A stretch of DNA of 32,000 nucleotides from Telmatocola sphagniphila (GTDB lineage: Bacteria; Planctomycetota; Planctomycetia; Gemmatales; Gemmataceae), in assembly GCF_018398935.1 (NCBI RefSeq), contig NZ_CP074694.1, forward strand, positions 5,820,001 to 5,852,000, given 5' to 3'. The notes under the pieces were generated by a model. It had not been told where the DNA came from, did not search any database, and saw only the letters and a list, made by a program, of their open reading frames with translations. Positions 15,920 to 23,697 of this stretch are shown in pieces. The position numbers and the translations under genes are program-made. Within the stretch, counting starts at the first letter, position 1. Each line of letters opens with the position of its first letter.

Positions 15920-17728
15920 TCAATTCAAAAGCTGATCGAGTTCATCCACCATGCGGGCAAATTTTTTCAGGGCCGCTTCGACGGGTTCGGGAGTTTCCAT
16001 ATCGACCCCCGCACCGCGCAAGAGATCCAGCGGATCTTTAGAACTGCCGCTCTTCAGGAACCCCAGATAGGCATCCAGTTCTGATTTTCCGCCGTGCAGG
16101 ACCCGTTCCGAGAGGGCAATCGCCGCGCTCAGTCCGGTAGCGTACTTGTAAACGTAAAAGGCGCGATAAAAATGGGGGATTCGAAGACACTCCAGCGAGA
16201 GTTCTTCATCAAGGGTGAATTCCGGGCCGAAATAGGCATCTAGGAGTTTACGGTATTCGGCACGCAGCGTTTCCAGGGTCAACGGTTCGTTTTCTTCCGC
16301 CAGTGCGTGCGTCACCTTTTCGAACTCGGCGAACATTGTCTGGCGAACGATGGTTTTGCGAATGTCATCGATCTCCCGATTCAGATAGTAAGCTTTCTCC
16401 CGAGCGTTGCTGGCGGTTTTACGCAGCATCTCTCCCAGCAGCTGTTCGTTGAAGGTGCTGGCCACTTCGGCGACGAAGATCGTGTAGTTCGCGTACTGGT
16501 AGGGCTGATTCTTGCTCGAGTACCAGGTATGCATCGAGTGCCCGGCCTCGTGAGCGAGCGTGAAGATATGATCCAGCACATCCGGCTGATAGTTCATCAG
16601 GATGTAAGGATCGCTATCGTAGCAGCCGCTGGAGAACGCGCCACTGTGCTTGCCCTTGTTCTCGTAGCGATCGCACCAACGGCCTTTTAATCCTTTGGTC
16701 AGGGCGTCGATGTACTCACTTCCCAGAGGCTTCAAGGCCGCAATAACTTTTTCGACCCCCTCGTCCCAGGTGTTGCGAGTTTGCAGATCGCTCAAAATCG
16801 GAACGTACGTGTCGTACATGTGAATATCAGGCAGTTTCATTGCTTTGCGGCGGACTTGATAGTACTTATGCACGGCCGGAAGATAGTTATGGATGGCCGT
16901 CAGAAGATTGTCGTAGACGCTGAGAGGCACTTTATCGGGAAACAGCGACGCTTCCCGAGCCGAGGAGAAGTTGCGGACTCGTGCCTGATAGACATCCTGC
17001 TTGATGCTGCCCGCCAGGGTGGCCGCTAAAGTGTTAGCGTGGTCGTTGAACTCGCTGTAGTACTGATGGAAGGCGGTTTTGCGAACTTCCCGGTTTGGAT
17101 TTTCCAGACAGACGATGTAAGAACTGTGGCTCAGTTCGATTTTTTCGCCGGGGGATAGTTCGATCTCGCCGAATTTCAAATCGGCATCGGTGAGTTGATC
17201 GAAGACATTGCGCGGTGTCTGCGAAGTCTCGATCTGCATGGCCAGAATACGCTCTTCTTTTTCGCTCAGCGTATGTGGCTTATAGCGCACCAGTCGTTCG
17301 AGGGACAGCTTGTATTCCGCTAGGAGGGGGGACTTCAGATAATCCCCCAGGGTGGCGTTGGGCAGGTTTAGAATTTCCGGTCGAATATAGCTCGCCAGTT
17401 CGGCGGCCCGGCTGGCGACTCCGATGTACCGCGCCTTCATACCCTGGTAGTTCGAATTCGAAACATCTTCGGTTTCTTTCAGGAACGCATAGGTCCCAAT
17501 GCGGTCCCCCAAACGATCGAAGGCCGTGTCGAACTTCAGACATTCAGAGAGTAACTGAGCACTTTCCCCCAGCTTGCCGCGAAACTGGTTGTAGCCTTCC
17601 GCTTTCTTTTCGTAGTCTTCGAAGGTCTTTTCCCAGGCTGCATCGCTCTCAAAAAGACTGTTCAGATCCCAGGTATCTCCCACGGGAACTTCCGAACGCA
17701 GGGGCAGCTTTTTCGTTCCGCTCGACAT
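15920..17728 (-). CDS. pepF: oligoendopeptidase F (M3B family)
   Basis: 602 aa. It has the zinc motif HEAGHSMH and typical PepF length and N-terminal region (W.L..LF.......). Confidence 0.9.
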   Translation of the reverse strand: MSSGTKKLPLRSEVPVGDTWDLNSLFESDAAWEKTFEDYEKKAEGYNQFRGKLGESAQLLSECLKFDTAFDRLGDRIGTYAFLKETEDVSNSNYQGMKARYIGVASRAAELASYIRPEILNLPNATLGDYLKSPLLAEYKLSLERLVRYKPHTLSEKEERILAMQIETSQTPRNVFDQLTDADLKFGEIELSPGEKIELSHSSYIVCLENPNREVRKTAFHQYYSEFNDHANTLAATLAGSIKQDVYQARVRNFSSAREASLFPDKVPLSVYDNLLTAIHNYLPAVHKYYQVRRKAMKLPDIHMYDTYVPILSDLQTRNTWDEGVEKVIAALKPLGSEYIDALTKGLKGRWCDRYENKGKHSGAFSSGCYDSDPYILMNYQPDVLDHIFTLAHEAGHSMHTWYSSKNQPYQYANYTIFVAEVASTFNEQLLGEMLRKTASNAREKAYYLNREIDDIRKTIVRQTMFAEFEKVTHALAEENEPLTLETLRAEYRKLLDAYFGPEFTLDEELSLECLRIPHFYRAFYVYKYATGLSAAIALSERVLHGGKSELDAYLGFLKSGSSKDPLDLLRGAGVDMETPEPVEAALKKFARMVDELDQLLN

Positions 17729-17868
17729 TTCATTCAGCCTTTCGTTACCGGTGCGGTGTCTACTTTTCGATTATAGATAACAATTGGTTGGCAGGATGCG
17801 GGAACAGGATTGGCCGGCCGGGAAAATCGAAGTTCTCAAAATTGCTTGTTGGCAGCAGATTTAAAAGA

Positions 17869-17917
17869 CAAGCCGGGTGAACGGACAGCTGGTTTGACTG
17901 TCTTTTCACCCGGCTTG
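17869..17917 (-). terminator. rho-independent terminator of the aminomutase gene
   Basis: CAAGCCGGGTGAA ... TTCACCCGGCTTG is a perfect 13-bp outer stem with an inner GACAG/CTGTC stem. On the minus strand it is followed by TCTTTTAAAT. Confidence 0.8.
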
Positions 17918-17938
17918 CAAATTAATAACGAGGCGTTG

Positions 17939-19456
17939 TTAACCGTTCGAGGCGGTCAGCAACTTGGTTTTGACAGTCTTTTTCTTCGGCCCGCCGGCTG
18001 ATTTCTTGCTTCGCGTCCCATTGCCTTCGCTGTGGGGAGCGCGAACGGTCAATTGAATCAGGTTCATGCCGTCGACCGCAGGTTTTTCGGGAGAGGAATC
18101 GCTGCAGCAGCTGGCTTCCTTGGCTTCCACCTTTTTCTGGGCTGCGACTTTCTTCCGGCGTTCCATCCGTTCGATATTTTCGGGAATCAAAACCGACTTG
18201 TCGCCCTGAAGCAGACCGCTGACACCGGTGGTCTTAGTCTTTCGACGGGTGATCGGTTCGTCTTTCGCCTGATAGCGAACGATTTGCCCTTCGAAGTTAC
18301 GCAACACTACGGCGTCATCGGAAGAACTGATGAGATAGTTCGGCATGAGCGGAATCTTGCCGCCGCCGTGGGGACTGTCGACCACATAAGTCGGAATGCC
18401 CAGTCCGGACATGTGACCGCGGAGGCCTTCCATAATTTCCAGGCCCTTCCAGACGCTGGTGCGGAAGTGGCCCGCGCCGATGACCGGATCGCAATGGAAC
18501 AGGTAATAAGGCCGTACCTTGATGCGCAAGAGCCCTCGCATCAGGTTCCGCATCGTACTGAGGTCGTCGTTGACACCTTTCATCAGCACGCTGTGATTAT
18601 TTACCGGCATCCCGGCTCGCAGCAAAGCGTTGCAGACCCGCTTGGCTTCGACGGTAATCTCATTGGGATGATTGAAGTGCGTCTGAATCCAGACCTTTTC
18701 GGCCGAACTCAGCAGTGCAATCAATTCCGGGTCGTAGAGTCGCTGCGGCAGCGTCACCGGTACTCGCGTACCAATGCGAATCACGTCCACGTGCGGAATC
18801 TTGGATAGATTGTCGAGGTAGAATTTGAGCTTGGCGGTCGGCAGCGTCAGCGGGTCGCCTCCGGAGACGATGACATCGCGAATTTCCGGGTGGGCCGCCA
18901 CGTAATCGATCATGCGCTGATCGTTACGATTGACTGCGTCCCAGCCTTCGCGATCCATGGTGGTTCGCTTGCGGGTACAGAACCGGCAGTACATGGTGCA
19001 GACGTGGGTCGTCACCAGCAGAGCCCGGTCGGGATAGCGATGCGTCAAACCCGGTACGGGAGAATCGAGATCTTCTTCCAAGGGATCTTCGAGTTCGTAG
19101 CCGGAAGGATTCTGCAGTTCCGAAGACGAAGGGACCGATTGCCGACGGATCGGATCGTTGGGATCGTTGGGATCGATCAGGGAGAAATAGTAAGGAGGGA
19201 TTGCAAGTTTGTAATCGCTCTCGAGCTGACCGATGGCTTCGAGTTCTTCGGGCGTGAATTCGAGGAGGTTTCGAAGTTGACGTACGCTGGTAATGGCGTT
19301 TTGGCGTTGCCATTTCCAATCATCCCATTGTTCTTGAGGGACGTCTTTCCAGATCGGATGACGGCGAGGCTTACTCGGAGGCTCTTCTTCCGTGTAGGCG
19401 GCAGTCGGGGACAACGGCTCGTGCGAAAGCTCAGCACGCTCGTCAATGTGACTCAT
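17939..19456 (-). CDS. kamA: lysine 2,3-aminomutase (KamA family radical SAM)
   Basis: The radical-SAM motif is CTMYCRFCTRKR. KamA-type blocks are present (LIDPNDPNDPIRRQSVP, VIVSGGDPL, HFNHPNE). The ORF is open from 19513, but ATG 19456 is preceded by GGAGG. A Lys-rich C-terminal tail follows the catalytic core. Confidence 0.85.
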   Translation of the reverse strand: MSHIDERAELSHEPLSPTAAYTEEEPPSKPRRHPIWKDVPQEQWDDWKWQRQNAITSVRQLRNLLEFTPEELEAIGQLESDYKLAIPPYYFSLIDPNDPNDPIRRQSVPSSSELQNPSGYELEDPLEEDLDSPVPGLTHRYPDRALLVTTHVCTMYCRFCTRKRTTMDREGWDAVNRNDQRMIDYVAAHPEIRDVIVSGGDPLTLPTAKLKFYLDNLSKIPHVDVIRIGTRVPVTLPQRLYDPELIALLSSAEKVWIQTHFNHPNEITVEAKRVCNALLRAGMPVNNHSVLMKGVNDDLSTMRNLMRGLLRIKVRPYYLFHCDPVIGAGHFRTSVWKGLEIMEGLRGHMSGLGIPTYVVDSPHGGGKIPLMPNYLISSSDDAVVLRNFEGQIVRYQAKDEPITRRKTKTTGVSGLLQGDKSVLIPENIERMERRKKVAAQKKVEAKEASCCSDSSPEKPAVDGMNLIQLTVRAPHSEGNGTRSKKSAGGPKKKTVKTKLLTASNG

Positions 19457-19717
19457 AAAAAAATGGTTGACCTCCAAGTCCGACAGTCCCGCCAGGATAG
19501 CCAACGCAGTCATCCGGCATCATGGGACCTATTCAAGCGAAGTGGGAATTAAATCCATTCAACCAACTCCGCTTAACTTGCAATAGTAACGCATGTCGCA
19601 CAAAAAACAAGTTCTCTCGATTCGATAATCGTCTTCTTTTTCAATTTTTTTCGAAATAGTTCCTTCGAGAGACCTCAGCAAACTCATCGCATCAGCAAAT
19701 ACTTATACATTTTTCGT

Positions 19718-19778
19718 GCCGATGTAACATCTACATCGGCATTCGGCCCGCATCGCGTGATGATTTTTTATTCATCAC
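19718..19778 (-). terminator. two hairpins downstream of the OYE gene (putative terminator region)
   Basis: GTGATGA-N8-TCATCAC (19757-19778) begins 12 nt past the stop. GCCGATGTA-ACATC-TACATCGGC (19718-19740) is a perfect 9-bp stem. Neither hairpin has a classic U-tract. Confidence 0.4.
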
Positions 19779-19789
19779 CCGACTCGCGC

Positions 19790-20872
19790 TCAACGTTTCA
19801 GCCAATGGCCGTACTGCACCGCGAGAATTTTCCCCGGTGTCTCGACGCCGAGCGTCTTCGCCGCGTGGTACGGCCAGTGCGGATCGCGCAAAAGTTCGCG
19901 CGCCAGTGTTACCATATCCACCTGCCCGCTGGCAATGGCTTTCTCCGCTTGAGCCGCCTCGGTGATCAGCCAGGAGGTCGTCGTCGGCAGGCTGACTTCC
20001 TTGCGAATTCGTTCCGCCGTGGGCAACATGAAGCCCGGACCCCAGGGAATTGCAGAAATATCCGGGGAATTGAAGCCCAGACTGGCATCGATCATGTCGA
20101 GTCCTTCGGCTTTCATCTTGCGAATCAGCTCAATCGATTCGTCGAGCCGAATGCCGCCCTCCACATAATCATTCACGCTCAATCGTGCCGCCAGAGGATA
20201 TTTCTCCGGCCAAACCGCGCGAACGGCTTTCAGTGTCTCCAGAATGAACCGGCCACGATTCTCCGCCGAGCCGCCATATTCATCGGTCCGCTTATTGGCG
20301 ATGGGAGACCAGAAACTCGAAGCGAGGTAACCGTGGGCGAAGTGCAGCTGCAGAAATTCGAATCCGGCGGTGAGAGCGTTCTTGGCCGCCGCGACGAATT
20401 TCTCCCGGATTTGAACGATATCCTCTTTGGTCATCGCTTTGGGTGTCACCGGCAGGTTGGCCCCGAAGGGTATGGCACTAGGACCAAGAATTTGCCAGGC
20501 TCCCTGTCCAGGCGTGAGATGATTGTCCCCTTCCCAGGGCTTGTTGGCACTCGCTTTACGCCCGGCATGGGCAATCTGAATGCCAGGGACAGCGCCATGC
20601 TTTTTGAGAAATTGAGTCACCGGCTTCCAGGCAGTCACCTGAGACTCGTTGTAAATTCCGGTATCGCCCGGGCTGATTCGCCCTTCTGGTGAGACGGCGG
20701 TCGCTTCCGCGATCACCAGAGAGGATCCGCCGATCGCTTTGCCTCCCAGATGGACGAGATGCCAATCGCTGGGCACGCCCTCGGTGGCAGAGTACTGGCA
20801 CATCGGGGATACCGCGATGCGATTGTGGAAGGTGACATCTTTGATCTTCAGAGGTTCAAACAGTGCGACCAT
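19790..20872 (-). CDS. NADH:flavin oxidoreductase, Old Yellow Enzyme family (YqjM/NamA-like)
   Basis: 360 aa with GAGGAG 5 nt upstream of the ATG. The N-terminus LFEPLKIKDVTFHNRIAVSPMCQYSA and the segments HLVHLG, GIQIAHAGRKAS and LHFAHGYL support the call. Confidence 0.9.
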   Translation of the reverse strand: MVALFEPLKIKDVTFHNRIAVSPMCQYSATEGVPSDWHLVHLGGKAIGGSSLVIAEATAVSPEGRISPGDTGIYNESQVTAWKPVTQFLKKHGAVPGIQIAHAGRKASANKPWEGDNHLTPGQGAWQILGPSAIPFGANLPVTPKAMTKEDIVQIREKFVAAAKNALTAGFEFLQLHFAHGYLASSFWSPIANKRTDEYGGSAENRGRFILETLKAVRAVWPEKYPLAARLSVNDYVEGGIRLDESIELIRKMKAEGLDMIDASLGFNSPDISAIPWGPGFMLPTAERIRKEVSLPTTTSWLITEAAQAEKAIASGQVDMVTLARELLRDPHWPYHAAKTLGVETPGKILAVQYGHWLKR

Positions 20873-20951
20873 GACTCTCCTCGGGTCGGAAATCGGTTCA
20901 TCTTGGGAAGAATATCGTTCTCGAGTGAAGATATTACAACCACCCAGCGGC

Positions 20952-20963
20952 TATAATAGCGGT
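20952..20963 (+). promoter_or_regulatory. -10 box placed for a leaderless transcript of the SDR gene
   Basis: A perfect TATAAT lies at 20952-20957, and the ATG (20964) begins 7 nt after it. There is no SD and no convincing -35. Confidence 0.4.
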
Positions 20964-21821
20964 ATGGCCAATCTGATCATCGGTTGCGGTTATCTGGGGC
21001 GCTCGGTCGCACGACTTTGGCTCGAAGCGAAGCAAGAGGTTTATGCACTTACCCGTTCGGCGGGTTCCGAGCTTCCGGCGGGTACCCAGCCGATCACCGG
21101 CGATGTCACTCAGCCGCAGTCGTTGAGCAAGCTGGGTTCGCAAAGCTGGGATACCCTACTTTACGCGGTGGGTCTGGACCGCAAAAGCGGTCGCAGTTTT
21201 CGAGAGGTTTACATCGACGGGTTGAGAAACGTCCTGGAGAAATTGCCGCCCGGGGGAAAGTTCCTCTATGTTTCTTCGACCAGCGTCTATGGCCAGACGA
21301 CGGGGGAATGGGTCAACGAAGCCTCCGACACCTCGCCTCTGGAAGAGAACGGCAAGATCGTTCGGGAAGCGGAATTGTTGCTGCATAGTTATAGACCCGA
21401 GGCCGTGATTCTGCGTTTTGCCGGAATTTACGGTCCGGGTCGATTGCTGCGTCGGACCTCGATCGAAAAGGGGGAAGTGCTGGTTTGCAATCCGGATAAA
21501 TGGCTAAATCTGATTCATCGCGAGGATGGAGCGCGAGCGATTCTCCTGGCTCAAACGAGCGCGCAAGCCGGGCAAATTTATCTGATTTCGGATGGTCAAC
21601 CCGTGCGTCGACCAGATTTTTACAGCTTCCTGGCGGAGCAACTGAATGCTCCGACCGTGCGATTCCAGTCGCCTCCAGCGGGCGTTCCTCAACCTCCTCA
21701 CGAAATGGGGAACCGAAGAATCGAGAACCGAAAGGCCCGACAAGAACTCGGCTTTGAGCCGCAGTTTGCCAATTATCGGTCGGGGATCGCGGCGAGTCTG
21801 ACAGCTGAGGTTGAGAGTTAA
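20964..21821 (+). CDS. NAD(P)-binding SDR / NAD-dependent epimerase-dehydratase family protein
   Basis: The start is trimmed to the ATG at 20964 (MANLIIGCGYLGRSVARLW..., Rossmann GxGxxG). The upstream part of the track ORF is antisense to the OYE gene. Supporting segments are SSTSVYG and the RFAGIYGPGR block. Confidence 0.8.
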   Translation: MANLIIGCGYLGRSVARLWLEAKQEVYALTRSAGSELPAGTQPITGDVTQPQSLSKLGSQSWDTLLYAVGLDRKSGRSFREVYIDGLRNVLEKLPPGGKFLYVSSTSVYGQTTGEWVNEASDTSPLEENGKIVREAELLLHSYRPEAVILRFAGIYGPGRLLRRTSIEKGEVLVCNPDKWLNLIHREDGARAILLAQTSAQAGQIYLISDGQPVRRPDFYSFLAEQLNAPTVRFQSPPAGVPQPPHEMGNRRIENRKARQELGFEPQFANYRSGIAASLTAEVES

Positions 21822-21827
21822 GAGCTC

Positions 21828-21876
21828 CTCCTCGGAACTCCCAGGGGACGGTTGCGAGGAGACAGCCGTTTGTTTA
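21828..21876 (+). terminator. weak candidate terminator after the SDR gene
   Basis: CTCCTCG (21828-21834) pairs with CGAGGAG (21855-21861) and is followed by ACAGCCGTTTGTTT. The 20-nt loop makes this weak. Confidence 0.25.
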
Positions 21877-22002
21877 CCGGCGAAAATTAGCTTTTCGCGC
21901 CTTGACAGCTCTCGCGGCGTTGTTGAAAATTGATAAGAATATAACAGAGTAGAATGTACCCGTCTTCACACGGGGCCTAACCAATACGCGGGAGAAGCGG
22001 CC

Positions 22003-22368
22003 ATGAGCAGTCAACAGGGACGCCGCCGACGGATCGAAGTGGAAGAATCGGGCGACATTACCATCGTCCATTTCGTCGACAAAAAGATTCTGGATGAACA
22101 GAACATCCAGATGATCGGCGACGATCTATTCCGCCTGGTGGACGAATTGGGTCGTCACAAACTTCTCTTAAATTTCAGCAATGTGGAATTTCTTTCCTCG
22201 GCCGCTCTCGGTAAGCTGATTACTCTGAATCGCAAGATCCAGGCGGTTCGCGGCAAACTGGCTCTGTGCAGTATCTCTAAAGATATTCGGGAAGTTTTCG
22301 AGATTACCAAACTCGATAAACTCTTCTCCATCTACCCGGATGAGCAGACCGCTCTGGCGTCATTCTGA
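22003..22368 (+). CDS. STAS-domain anti-sigma-factor antagonist (SpoIIAA/RsbV-like)
   Basis: 121 aa. The layout is typical: ...ITIVHF.G.L......L...L......K.LLLNFSNVEFLSSAALGKLI.L.RK....GKLALC.I...I.EVFEITKLDKLF.IY. Confidence 0.85.
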   Translation: MSSQQGRRRRIEVEESGDITIVHFVDKKILDEQNIQMIGDDLFRLVDELGRHKLLLNFSNVEFLSSAALGKLITLNRKIQAVRGKLALCSISKDIREVFEITKLDKLFSIYPDEQTALASF

Positions 22369-22400
22369 TTTTTTTACCAGACATTGGGAATTGCAAGTTC

Positions 22401-22826
22401 ATGCATTCCGACGGGCGAACTCTCACCCGAGAAACGGTTATCCCCAGCGACTTGACGGCTGTTCATCAGCTTCAAGTCGAGATCGAGCAGATTCTGCAAA
22501 AAGAATCGCAATTCGACGAGCGGGAAATTTTCGCAATCAAACTGGCCGTCGAAGAAGCTCTGGTGAATGCCGTGAAGCACGGCAATCAGCTGGACCCCGA
22601 TAAATCGGTTCGCGTTGTCTACCACATCCGTCCTGACCACTTCGATATTCGTATCACCGATCAAGGTCCCGGATTCGATCCGGGCGATGTCCCCGATCCC
22701 ACAGCTCCGGAAAACCTGGAACGACCTTGCGGTCGCGGACTGTTACTGATTCGGCATTACATGTCGGACGTGCTGTTTTTCGATAAGGGCAATACCATCG
22801 CCATGACCAAAAGCCGCAAGAATTGA
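22401..22826 (+). CDS. anti-sigma regulatory factor, HATPase_c Ser/Thr kinase (RsbW/SpoIIAB-like)
   Basis: 141 aa. It has an N-box EEALVNAVKHGN, a G1 box DQGPGFDP and a G2-like GRGLLLIRHYMSDV. It lies 32 nt downstream of the STAS gene. Confidence 0.85.
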   Translation: MHSDGRTLTRETVIPSDLTAVHQLQVEIEQILQKESQFDEREIFAIKLAVEEALVNAVKHGNQLDPDKSVRVVYHIRPDHFDIRITDQGPGFDPGDVPDPTAPENLERPCGRGLLLIRHYMSDVLFFDKGNTIAMTKSRKN

Positions 22827-22854
22827 AGCGGCTTTTAGCCCTGTAATCCACTAA

Positions 22855-23511
22855 CTATTTCCGCACGATTTCCACTTCGCGGAGATCGACATTCAACGGC
22901 TGGCCGGGGCGGAACGTCACTTTTCGAGTGAGTTCCTTGCGATCGCCGTTCACTTCCATCACGGCCCGGAATGAGTATGCGAAATCCTCGCCTTCCGGCA
23001 GTTCCGGCGTCTGGAACCGACCATCGGCGGATTGAATCGCTTTCGCGGAATCGTTCACATAGAGTTTCGCCCCTTCCGGCAGTTCCACTTGAACTTCACT
23101 CCGGAGGAGGCGTGCACTGACCTGATTCAAAGTTACAGGCTTCTTGGGTTCCTCCGACTTAGGCATCTCTTTTTTGGGTTCCGTTGCGGGGGCAGTTGTG
23201 GGAGGAGCCGTTGTTGTCGGAGCGGAAGGGTAAATAACCGATTCCGAGCAACCGCAAGCCGGGAAGGAACTCCAGGTGGTCGGGTAAACGAAACCGGGGG
23301 ACCAGTTGGTGATTACGACTTCCCCGTAACCCCAGTGAGTTTGATAACCGCCGCAACAGCCGCCTCCGCAGCAGCCAGGGCTGACATAAACTACTCCACC
23401 GCAACATCCCGAACAACCGCTCGAAACGACATAACTGGTCGTGCGGTGATGAAACTGGGGAATTTCCGGGGCAGATCCGTTCATCGCCATCATCAATACG
23501 AGGCTATACAT
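22855..23511 (-). CDS. TIGR03000-type planctomycete protein with a Cys/Gly-rich N-terminal region
   Basis: The start is trimmed to the ATG at 23511 (MYSLVLMMAM...). The track start at 23523 is a TTG. Runs of GCSGCCGG and GCCGGGCCGG are followed by a Pro/Thr linker. The C-terminal domain reads VQVELPEGAKLYVNDSA...DGRFQTPELPEGEDFAYSFRAVMEVNGDRKELTRKVTFRPGQ. The family name is recalled and not searched. Confidence 0.65.
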   Translation of the reverse strand: MYSLVLMMAMNGSAPEIPQFHHRTTSYVVSSGCSGCCGGVVYVSPGCCGGGCCGGYQTHWGYGEVVITNWSPGFVYPTTWSSFPACGCSESVIYPSAPTTTAPPTTAPATEPKKEMPKSEEPKKPVTLNQVSARLLRSEVQVELPEGAKLYVNDSAKAIQSADGRFQTPELPEGEDFAYSFRAVMEVNGDRKELTRKVTFRPGQPLNVDLREVEIVRK

Positions 23512-23697
23512 GGTGTCATCCAATTAAATTGGGAAGTTTACGCAGGCTACCTCAACAGTAATCGGCAAATCGAATCGGGTCAAAAATGAGCCGCTTCCAA
23601 TGAAGCGGCGTGAGAGTTGTACTTCCCCAACAACCCATTCATCTAGTACAATTGGTTGATTGTTCCGTCCCCACCGGAAGAATCTTTGGAGTAATTC

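Noticed and set aside
13899-15923. A 674-aa ORF antisense to the 1055-aa gene, running through the terminator hairpin and into the pepF stop.
   Set aside because: It lies in the codon-aligned antisense frame, so it only requires the sense gene to avoid TTA, CTA and TCA codons. Its translation is L/F/R/Q-rich with no motifs, which mirrors the E/K/L-rich sense protein. It has no RBS, and its start lies inside pepF. I treat it as a shadow ORF.
19152-19177. A tandem 9-bp repeat, GGATCGTTG x2 (plus a partial copy), inside kamA.
   Set aside because: It is in-frame and encodes DPNDPNDP within the conserved LIDPNDPNDPIRRQ block of KamA-family proteins. It is therefore a constrained coding sequence and not a microsatellite or phase-variation tract.
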